DNA from: Bigelowiella natans CCMP2755
Taxonomy: Eukaryota; Protista; Cercozoa
Reading direction: 5' to 3'
DNA: 64,000 nt
Assembly: GCA_000320545.1 (NCBI GenBank)
Contig: ADNK01000136.1
Coordinates: 62,001-126,000, forward strand
In this document: positions 26,133 to 37,157 of the stretch, piece by piece
Position numbering within the stretch: position 1 is the stretch's first letter
Layout: each line of letters opens with the position of its first letter
The notes under the pieces: model-generated
Seen by the model: the letters and a program-made list of their open reading frames with translations, nothing else
Database searches by the model: none
What the model was told of the DNA's origin: nothing
Program-made: the position numbers and the translations under genes

Positions 26133-28876
26133 TTATTCCATCAAGTTGGGAAATTGGATGTAGATGTGATCTTTATTAAAAATTCAGACTGTGATGAAAA
26201 CGGAACTTCTGCAGCACATATTAGTTGCATTTAGTGCCAACTAAGGCCAGCCTTAGCAGGTACCAACGATGTTGCATCGCTACTCCTACTTCTAGACTGC
26301 TAGTTGTTGCTTTTGAGCGATTTACTCAGATTTGAAGTATGCCCGTACTACACCCGTAAAAAACATCTCGAACTGCAAATCATCGGAGCCTTGATTCCTA
26401 ATGTTTGGTTCAATGGAGAAGAAGCATGAGTAAGGTAGACTAGGTGGTTGACACATATTATTCATGGAATTAGAGCTACTACCTAAACTCAATGATGGAT
26501 TCATCTTCTTTATCCTTGTCCTCGAAGACTGTGATTAGAACATTTACCTAGAATAGCAAAAACATTACTGAGTAATTCCTAGAAGACCTAACATGTCTGT
26601 TTGGCACCATAGATGACTCTCTCAGGCTATTTCATCAAATCAAAATTTTAACCATCTTGATTTTCAACTATTTCTGGTCTACCTTGGGGAATTTTTCTTT
26701 ATCACATTTAACTCGAATCTGGTCGATATTTTGTAAAAGTCTTAATCTCATGTTAACAATAGATGGAATTATGATGGTGTGGTACCGTGTAATTCTCAAT
26801 GTCTTTTGTAACATTGGCTTTCCACAAGTCTTCAAATATTGCGACAAGCCTGAAAATAAATTAATTGCCATCAATAGAGACGTTTGGGATATATGAAAAG
26901 AAACATATACAAAAGTCCTTGTTATGTTCGATACTTACTTTGCAAGAGTATCCTCTGGTTCATAGTCGTACTTGATGACTGTGTGGCATCTACTCGAGAG
27001 ATAATTATATCATAAATCATATACACTCAATACTAGGTTTCCAGTGATTCTATAGACGCGTAAGTGTACACTCCGAAGTAATTTTATGAAGATGCCTGCT
27101 AGCAAAATGTATCTTTAGGAAGTGCTCCTATGATGCTATGAAATCCCTTGTATTTTTTGTGTGAGTATTACTTTACTACAGCAGAATCCGGTAGGTAGTT
27201 GACTCTTTTTTTTTCATCCTTTGCAACAGCGAGAAGTACACAAATAGTAATGGGTAGTGAGTTCATTGTCTGTATTGGACTATAATCACCACTGCTCTGT
27301 ATTGCAACATTAACCTCAAATGCTGTACCCTATATCCATTACTCTCTACTACTGCAGTCTACCATGGAAATCTGATCGTAATTGCTTGGAAGCTCTGGAA
27401 ATTTCTGATAATTGGAAACAAAGAGATATGTGGTTGTAATTTAGTGAATTATCAGCACTTCTTAAGGATGGAAGGGAGGATGCTAGGCAGCCAGGTGATT
27501 AGAGAGAGGGAGGGGAGAGATTTCTGCGGAGTCAAGCTGACGGAACATTACATGTGCGCGTGTGTATGTGCATTCCACTTCGAGTTTTTATATATACTAT
27601 ATAATGTTAATCTTACCGCAAGAGAGAAAGGAACGGAGAATTCGTCTGAATCGTCATCTCCTGTTGATCTCGTTCTTTGTGCATATGTGATACTTTCCTT
27701 TTCCTTTTGACTTCCTTTGTCCTTTTTTTTCTCGATATCCTTCCACTTTTTCTCGAGCTCTTCTTCGAGCGTAGATGGAGTGAAACTGCTTCCCTCCTGA
27801 TAAAACGGATGCATCTTGATTTCTTCAATATCCCACCTACGAGTAGAATCGTTTTCAAGCATTCCATCCAGCAAATCCATTTCAGGGATCTTATGCACTT
27901 CGAACACAATGCTATCCTCTTGAATTCTTTCTGCTTCGGCAACTCTGTTAGCCTTTTTAACAACCATTTCGACGTCCCTAATGTCGTAGCAAACTTGCGG
28001 GTCCTTTTTATTTAGGCTGTATGTGATAACGATCGGATATTCTTCCGTTTTGAGGCCAGCAATTCTTTGAAACAAGAGTTCCTCACCTCTGCTTACGTGA
28101 CGGAGTGTATTACCTCTTCTTTGTAATATCCACCTCAACTGCTTATTCCAAAATCCACGTTTATTCCCATTTATGAGATTTCTTTTGGCATTTGGGACAT
28201 CTCCGAATTTCCAACCATAAAGCATAACAAACAGGACTACGCCAGAACTGTAAATGTCTATCTTTCGGCAATAGGACTCCCCTGTAGCTGCGTAATTATC
28301 GACTTCCGGGGCCATATATCCTGTCGTTCCTGCACGGCCTTTTGCTTCCTCTCCAATGACAGAAAACCCAAAATCCGCCATTTTTAAGTCCCAATTTTCC
28401 CCCAGTAAGATGTTATCAGGCTTTATATCCCGATGAATAACTTTTTTTTTTTTCATGTATTCGAGTGCTGAGCAGAGCTGGGCAAAGTAACCTTGTACAA
28501 GCTTCAGACTAAACGAGCGGTGTCTTAAGTAAGGATAGAGGGTTCCATTCGGACACAATTCAAGTGCCATTACAGCAACCGTAGATTTTTCTCCACGTCG
28601 ATGAGTATATTCCTCATCAGTAAGCTTCAGAAATTTTACCGCGTAATCACAATCTTTCATTTCTTCAAGCGCCTTGATTTCAATTCCAAGGTCATGTTTT
28701 ACCCATTGAACTTTTAGAGCCACTTTTTCGCCATTTTTCTTCTCTGCCTGGTAGGTAATTGCCGTAGCCCCTTGCCCTAACCTGGCTTTGAGAGTGTATT
28801 GTCCTAGACTCTTCCCATCGATACGAGGAGCGCTGAAATCTTCCGGCTCTACGTCCATTCTCATATTATTCTGCAT
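26133..28876 (-). CDS. Ser/Thr protein kinase (CAMK/AMPK-SNF1-like) with spliced C-terminal KA1-like region
   Basis: First exon 28876-~27617 has GQGATAIT, VALK, HRDIKPDNILL, DFG, GTTGYMAPE and DIYSSGVVLF. After the donor GCG|GTAAGA, small exons read CHTVIKYDYEPEDTLAK|LVAIFEDLWKANVTKDIENYT|IRVKCDKEKFPK and DLQFEMFFTGVVRAYFK. The exact 3' end is approximate. Confidence 0.85.
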
Positions 28877-29364
28877 GTTTTATCCGAGGAATGAGATGTA
28901 TGCTCTGATAGCAATGTTGAAGGAGGGTAGGAGAGGAGAACGAGATGTGTAAATGGATCGTCGTGTCCAGATAATGCGGGTCAGAAAGAATTACTGATGC
29001 TTAAATCGTATGCGGATTTATCACGACGACAAAACTTTTTGGTTGTCGCCTAATGAGACAGCAACAAACAAAGATGGAGTAAATGTACTCAATACCAGTC
29101 CATATCAGGCTAGCGACAAGTTACAAATGTCCACAATTCCCGAGAATTCCACATAAGAACAGAGACCAGAAGAAGTGATGATCATGCCTCTGTTCCTGCG
29201 ATAACAACGAAGTTTCCCGCCTTTTTTAATCCCCACCCCCCCCTTTGCTGAACGCTGTGCACATTTTTTTGAGAAAATATACCGCAATAGATGAAAGAGA
29301 AGTGTTGAAAATGTACTAACAGATTGCTGTTCCATATTCCGTGGATTTAGAGCAACCTCTGCTG

Positions 29365-30316
29365 ATGAGCGAGCAAAAACAATCATCGACCAAGGCTGGC
29401 AAAATGAACAAAGTAGCAAGACGAGGAGCTTTCATTTTATTTGAAGGGATCGATCGATGTGGCAAAACAACTCAATCAAAAATGCTGACAGAGACATTGC
29501 TGAAACAAGGGATCAAAGCGGAACACATGAGATTTCCAGGTATATGGCCTCCCAATTCATAAAAACTGCGTATACTCACCGATATCCATAACATCTTCTA
29601 TTCATTTGATAGACCGCACCACGGAAATTGGAAAAATGATCAATGCATACCTGACAAATTCGGTGGATACCGATGACAAAGCAATCCATCTCTTATTTGC
29701 AGCAAACCGCTGGGAGAAAATGTTCGTTTAGTTGAATCAATCTCCCAGTTCTGCTCACATTATAAATTCTACAATGTTGTTGATCTCTAGGAAAATTATG
29801 CGTGAAAAACTAGAATCTGGTGTCACTCTGGTCGTGGACAGGTGTTGACATTGAAATTCCAAGAAAAATCGATCACTAATTTTCCTCATGTAGGTATTCG
29901 TACTCTGGTGTCGCCTTCACGGCTAGCAAAGGCTATGATGTACAATGGTGTTATCAGCCGGAAGTTGGAATGATATCTCCCGATTTAGTAATTTGGCTGG
30001 ATATGCCCCTCGAGGACGTCAAAAGTAGAGGTGGATTTGGCGAAGAGCGATATGAGAAGCTGGAAATGCAAGAGAGAGTTCAAAAGTTGTTCTCCAAATT
30101 TGCGGAAATAGACGAAGATACTTGGACGGTAGAATTCATTCCAAAATGTTCTTTTAGTATTTTAATTCTCTACGATACTGTTGCCAGAGAGTGGACGCAA
30201 GAGGGTCTGTAGAAAGCATCCACGAAAAAATAATGAAGCTGGGGCTCAACATTGTCAAAAATGTCACGGACGCATCCATTTCACTCATGAAGGCGTTGCC
30301 AAAAGATTTTGCATGA
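29365..30316 (+). CDS. DTYMK: Thymidylate kinase (dTMP kinase)
   Basis: [20 protein letters not shown]-loop, MRFPD|[26 protein letters not shown]|[28 protein letters not shown]; four short GT-AG introns; TGA at 30314-30316. Confidence 0.95.
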
Positions 30317-30539
30317 AACAAAAATTGAATACATCGCACAATGGGCGGGTAAAAGCACTAATCATGCCAGCATGTATCAAAGAGACATCATCACTACACA
30401 TGCAATGTTCATCAGTAAAAAATGCATGTTTTGCCATGGCCCAGCGAAATTTTAAATTTTCAGGTTTCGCTCCATGAGATGTATAGGGAGATGTGCGGGA
30501 TGCCGCAGTTGTGCACGCATATGTCAATCATGGCGGTAT

Positions 30540-31430
30540 CTTTGCGTCGTGCTTGCTGTCATCCGCTAGTTCGCCATGCAGCGCACTAGAGCAGACTGAT
30601 GGCATTCGTCACATGCTAGCATGTCTAGATGTGCTGAGTCGATCAAAGGGCTGCACACATCGCACTGAAGTCACTGAAATGCGCACCCATGCAACGCCGT
30701 GTGCATGTAGCTGCTGTCGCTACGCACGTACAGTCACACAAGTGCACGCATGCACGTGCTCGCTAGCCCGTGAGTGTGAACATGTCTAGTCTAGACGATG
30801 TCGCGGCGTTGCGGCCTGGCGCGCTCAATCGTCGCAATTGGACATTGCCAAATTGGAAGCACACTGCTGGAGCCTGCTAGCCTGTCCAGCTGTTTGCGAA
30901 GTTCAAGTTTGATTTTTTTTTCGAACTTGAGCTTCAAAACCTCACTTTTCAACGCCTGCCAGCGGGCGCAAATTGCAAAATGCTTGCCACTTCTGAAACA
31001 GCTAGCGCAGTTGCACTTGCGCTGTGCCCTGGGTTTTGCAAGCTTGTGAGGGCTAGACGAGGGTGTGCGCGCACACTGGCTCATCATGTCATTGTGAAGT
31101 GCTTCAGCTCAAAAACACAAAAATTGCTCTCAATTGAGAGGTCATGCCACTTGTTGCAGGTTTGACGGAGTTGTGAGATGTGGGCATGCACGTGCCGTGT
31201 GCAGCATTGCAGGTGGCAGTCTAGCAGTGCTGGAGTGCTGGAGTGCGTCATGTGACTCTGGCTAGCTAGCTAGCTGCAGGACATGGATGACTCATCAAGC
31301 ATCTCTGGATCTGGAACACACTGCTAGCTGCTTGCTAGAACAGTCACACAGCATCATCGTCTGGTTGTGGCAGTTGTGGCTGGATCGTGCGCAAAGAATC
31401 TCCATTGAATTCTGAGAATTTCTCGATTCT
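30540..31430. other. Hypermutated intergenic island 3 (TpA-depleted, CTAG-sparing)
   Basis: Hand count for 30541-31380: 19 TpA, 16 of them in CTAG; none outside CTAG for ~700 nt after 30732. Confidence 0.9.
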
Positions 31431-31675
31431 ATGTCTCTCTCGCTGTTGTTCGGAAAAAAGGCCACTGTGTGGTTACCGACTGGGCTATTTCCCCCAATTT
31501 CACGAGGACATGACGGAAGAATAACAAACAAGCAAAACAGCATTTAGCACGATGTTTTCAGTTAAATATTTTGCCTGCTGCTGTCCTTTGCATTTGTAGT
31601 AAATTATCCAAAAGAACACAACGAAGAAAAGATCAGATTCGACGAAGGAACACAGCGTGCCTTCACAATCGTCAA

Positions 31676-33712
31676 ATGCCAGCCACGAACAAAGACATCG
31701 AAGGGGTGAAACTCATGGTTTATTCAGTTAACTGCGATAGATCAATCTAAATTAATTGTGGTCGTACAGGAAGTGAGTACCTACTATAGTTCGGATAAGA
31801 CCGGTACAGAAAATAACTGACCTCTATCGAAAGTTTCTGATATTTAGATCGACACACAGGGAACGCTTATAAGACTTGCTGGGGAGATGGAAACATTCAT
31901 TTTGGATACTTTGCACACTTGGAACATGACTCCAAACCAAAGACAGGATTTGAAAAAGTACATCGTCACGAAATTTAAAATGCCATCTTTCTCAAATGAA
32001 CAATCAACGTCTAGGCCGCAGAAGCACTAACAGAACTCATGATTGAGACCGGTGAAATTTCTAAAGGAGCGAAGGTCTTACTTTCTTTGGCCGTATTTTT
32101 TTATGGGCCGGCATCTTTGATTATATTGCGCTTTTGCCCAACAGCTGACACCATAGTCCCTCATTGTATGTTAGGTCCTGGATCTTGGAAGCGGATATGG
32201 AAAACCTGGTTGCGATGTTGCTACGAAGTCTCAGGCAGAAGTGAATGCTTACATTTGAGTTGTAGTTTGTATTTCCTGATAGCTTGATAACATTTTGCAG
32301 GTATGGGGTGTTGATCTCTCAGGAAGGCAAGTGGATGCAGCGAATGCTCGAGTATCTTTGCACACCTATGTATCACGTACTTTGATTTAATGGCGAACAA
32401 AATGCTTTCAGGCAAAAAGTATGGGACTTGATAATCTTGCTCATTTTGTCAAGGGTAAGTGATGGCAATAGCTTGCAGTCGACTGAATCACTACAATATC
32501 TTCAATATGATCAACATCACACAAAAATACTTCCAATCATCTAGAAAATAAAGTGAACTATGATTGTCTGCGACGTTGAAATCTTGAATGCGTAGGAAGC
32601 TTCACTGACCTCCCAAAAGAGATTTCAGAGCAAGAAGGAACTTTCACCCATGTTTGGGCACAGGTTGTATCTTTGAAACATTGTCGTTGTTGTCGTCAAC
32701 ATGGCACGAGTGCTAATTGTACTAGTTGGTATAGAGTGATAATTCATGCTGGGTGTAAGTCACTCCTTGCTGCAATGTTAATTTACCTGATGTGAACAAA
32801 TTATCTAGGTTTCTTGGTGTCACGCTCACGGCGTCGTCGATGTAAATTTATACATATTTCTAAAGCATCGTGAATAAAGAGTCTATAAAAATAACACAGG
32901 AAATCTTGAAAGAAGCTTCCAAATCTTTGAAAAAGGGTGGAAAGTAATGAGCTGTATTGTGAGTTTTTCCTTTTACCACTGCACTCGTCTTATTAGTTTT
33001 CCGTCGCCCTCTTAAGCGGACGTAAAATCTTATAATTTCCTAGGCTCGTGGTTAACGACTTCTTGGGTACAGATGAGAAGGTAAAAATCGTTGTTATCTT
33101 GAAATGATGGTTAATCCATTCTCGATATAAGGTTTTGGACAAAACCAAAGAACATGTTTGGAAACGTTTGCATTTCGATGCACTTCTTGGGTATCGAGTT
33201 TGTAATTTTTCTGTGATCTTCTAAATGCTCACTAATTGAGATTATTTGAATATATGAAAGGCCAAATGCTTGGAAGAAGAAAGTGGAGGAAGCCGGCTTT
33301 GAAATCAAAGTAATGATCTGGAAGTCGCCATCTTTTCCCTCATATTTCAAACATATTTTTTCTCCTAATGATTTCATTTAAAAACTGGCTCATTTTTCAG
33401 CAATATGTGGATTTGACTAAGCACCTTCAACACGGGTATAATCTATTGAGAGAACTGTTACACAAAGTGTAATTTTGAGACAAAGTCGAGGATATGATAC
33501 ATCATGTCAGGTACGCACTCCTAGCGGAAGCAGCTGACAAGCATAAATTTAAGAGCGAAGATGGAGCTCTCCTTGCTGACAATTACAAGGTGAACAAGTT
33601 CTCAAACAACTTCAATTTGATCTTAAAAGCTAAATTGGATACACAGGTTTCTTCCGAGGTTTGCAGAGAGGGTCAAATCGGAATGAATCTTTGCATCGCA
33701 ATTAAAACATAG
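31676..33712 (+). CDS. Class I SAM-dependent methyltransferase of the sarcosine/dimethylglycine N-methyltransferase-like group (betaine or DMSP osmolyte synthesis candidate)
   Basis: ~280 aa from many short exons: TYYSSDKTGNAYKTCWGDGNIHFGYF, VLDLGSGYG (motif I), VWGVDLS, FVKGSFTDLP, FTHVWAQVSWCH, LKKGGKLVVND, RLHFDALLG, EEAGFE, GQIGMNLCIAIKT*. Confidence 0.85.
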
Positions 33713-33972
33713 CGGATTTTCGAATGAGCGCAAAGTAACAATACTTGTGGAGAGTAAACGCGTAAACGAGAGATACGACACAGGCAACCAATCGCTCGAC
33801 AACTTTAGAGCCTAATTCACGTTTCCATTGATGAACAATGATTCCCATCATGATATGTACATCGTAAAACGGGCACCAGAGATGCGAAAATAACCAGCTA
33901 TACATAAAATACGGGAGCAGATTCCTTGTGAGACGATAGACGCGCACGTACAATGGCTATATCACATGTACG

Positions 33973-34112
33973 AGACAGATGATGGATATGTTAAATTTCT
34001 TCAATTGTCATCCTAAGCTAGCATAGTTGTGCAAAGTATAGCATAGGTAAATAGTCTATACAGTTGATATACTCTTAGATAAGTGTCTTTAGTCAGCGGT
34101 GCGTTGATGGTG

Positions 34113-34143
<31 letters not shown>

Positions 34144-34320
34144 ACATAGCGCCTGCCTATGGCAGGCGTGCTACCGCTATGATGCGATATAATACATGGC
34201 TATGCCTAGATCCTAGCTAGATCTAGGAGGATAGACACGGTTGCTGCTATATATGAGACGGATGTAATGGAATGTTGAAATTTTTTCAATGGTCATCCTA
34301 ATGTAGCTGTGCAATGCTGC
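33973..34320 (+). repeat. Two further copies (C 33973-34036, D 34256-34320) of the dispersed repeat, separated by a (TG)n tract and a hairpin
   Basis: Both contain gac(a/g)gatg..aaattt(c/t)ttcaat(t/g)gtcatcctaa..tag(t/c)tgtgcaa. Confidence 0.8.
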
Positions 34321-35134
34321 TATATATATTTTATTGTACATCGTATCGGCGACCGATCGATGCACCAGCATGTACGTGTATGTTTGCGTGCGCTGAGAGT
34401 GCTTGTCATTCGCACAGACCATGATCAATCATGCATGTGCGTGGCACCTCGCAGTTTGCGCAATAATCACAGTTTAAGTATCATCACTTTGCAATGCGTG
34501 CCCTGATCGGGGCCTCATATATTGTTGTTAGACACACGCCTGGACGTATCGGACATAGCATGATTTAGATGATTTAAGCAAATAATCCAAAAGCATAATT
34601 GCTCAATTTGGTGTCCTTTTACAAGTGTTCGATCACTGCTACTGGGTGTTTTAGCCACGCTTCGCAGCTTTAAGAAGAAAATAGTAGGACAACGCATGGC
34701 TGGTACAATGCAACGATAGACACATTTGGTTACTAAATGCGTGATCATCGCAGGATTTCCCATGCAGAGTAGTTGAGTCAATCTTGAAATTTAATTGGAT
34801 ACAAGACAAATCTATACACCATGAAATCGAAAAGTAATATTGCGTAAGTGATCGTCACACTTCCCAGTTGAATCATTAACGCGTATGTGAAAGTCCACAT
34901 TAAAAGCATAGCCTGATAGTAAGAAATATGAATCTTTTAAACGTCAAAAATGAAACAAGCTCATTTAAAATATACCAATATCCTCAGATCATCTCTGCAT
35001 GCCCATCCAAGGGAACATGAGGCGAATGCTGTTAACACGAAAACAACGTTGGGAGGAATACCGCCATCCGATTCCCATCCAGATTCCTCAGCTGTGATAA
35101 ATTCAAACAATTATAAGTGTTAACCAGCCAATCA

Positions 35135-37125
35135 ATGGTCGATAGAACAAACCTTCTTCTTGCGCTGCACGGACTATCACAGGAAAAACGAGGCAGAGCA
35201 TCAGCCATACAGCCTAACATACCAACGATACAGAGGTATCAATCAAGCTACCAAGTGAAGGGAAGCATAATAATTTGTAGAGCAGACCATTTGACTTCGG
35301 ATCAGCATGATGGGGTCCTCCTAAGTTGCAATTGCAACTTGGCAGGTGGCCAGACGAGCACTCTATTCACTCTAATGGAACAGATGGAAGAGGACCGGCG
35401 TTTCAATTCCCGGGTATTCGCTGTTAGTGGGAGTTCGAGATCTTCCGAGATGTCTGGATTGTATTCGAGATCTTCCGAGAGTCTCTCAAATTATTCCGAG
35501 CTCCAACGACAATGATGAAGCCTGCCTCGTGCTTTCTGGAGAACGATTTGTAAACTAACCCATAGCGCCCTGCAGTGACTCTCTCAATGTGGGGATTCGG
35601 GTCCAGGAAGAAGAGAATAGACACTCTCGGTGATTGTAGTATTATCTAAACATTGATGTCGTCATCAAGCGACATGTCGCTAATACAGATGATGTTCAAC
35701 AGAAAAATACATCGAGGAGCTGCAAAATTCTCTTGAGGAGGCTGAAGTTACCGTCGCTACGAAGGATGAGATTATCAAGAATATGTTGAATGTATTTTCT
35801 TTCGTCTCCCATTTCCCATTCGTACCCCTCTCACCATAAGAATAATGTTGATAGGAGAGAAAGTCGGAAGAGCAAGAGATAGAGCGACTAAATGAACAGA
35901 TCCTTGTGTGCTTGAATAAAATACAATCTGAGGTTGTATAAATCCTTATGTACTCGAAAAAAATACGATCGGAGATTGTGAATATGTACTCGAACCAAAA
36001 TTTAATCGGAGGATATATTGTGAAAGAATCTCACCACGCGCTCTAATACTTCGGTTTTCCCTCTTGGAAGATATCAACCCATAGTCGAGCAATAATACAA
36101 GTCGTTCGTCGATGGTGTAACCACAAGATATAAAAATAATGATGATAAAAATAATAATAATGGTACCGGGTGTGGCTTTTCAAGTTGAAATCCAAATTAT
36201 CGTAAAATTTAGATTTTTTTTTCGAAGAAATTCTTAAAGTCGCGTATCAATTTTAAAAAAAGGAAAATGGTTACCAGAAGGCAACAGCAATAAAAATTAG
36301 CAGTGGTAATCTCACAAGTTACTTTTCCATAGATAAAAGATAATATTACAAAATAAATCATCAGCAGCAGCCGGCGGAGCAAGTGCAGGAAGATTTCTTT
36401 GCCCTTCAAGAAGAAAATCCGGTGTGTTTGGGTTTGGCAGCTTGAAGAAACGGAGAGGGGGTGGAAATAATAGTAACAATAACAATTGTGATAATCATTT
36501 GCTCGGCCTACCCTCGGATTCCGAAGCAGTTGCTGCTAATGGCTCTTTGACCGGTACTATTCTATAACTACTACTGCTGCTATGCACTGCTACTATGTAC
36601 TACTTATTTTGGTGCTATGTCCTTCACTAAGCTAAACCGTCTATCTTGACTAAATTTAAAGATGACGCTTACTGTAAATCTAATTCCATTGAGAAAAAGA
36701 GATTCTGTTTGAAAATTTGTTGTCCGAAATCCTTCTATATCATTGGATTTTGTTGGTTTTGGTGTTTCATTTGGTGTATTAATTGGACTTTTTTGATGAT
36801 TTTTTTAATCTATACTAAACTAGTCGTGAATGCGGCAAATTCTATCATCACATACAATAGTTAGAATATACCCCAATAAATCGTTTCACGACAAAACACC
36901 CATCGTTCAAATTTAGGCAAACTAGGAATGTCGTGCAAAGTTTACAACCTCCGTGGCAAGGTAAACAACAACAACGCATACAGAGGGTTTGAAAGCAGAA
37001 AGGGAGAGAGAGGAGGGGGAGGGGGGGAGGGGGGGAGGAGGACGGAGGGAAGGGGAGGGAAAGAATCCAAAAATCCGAGTGTGAGATGTTTACAACATAT
37101 AAATACCCTCCCGCCCCATTTAATA

Positions 37126-37157
<32 letters not shown>

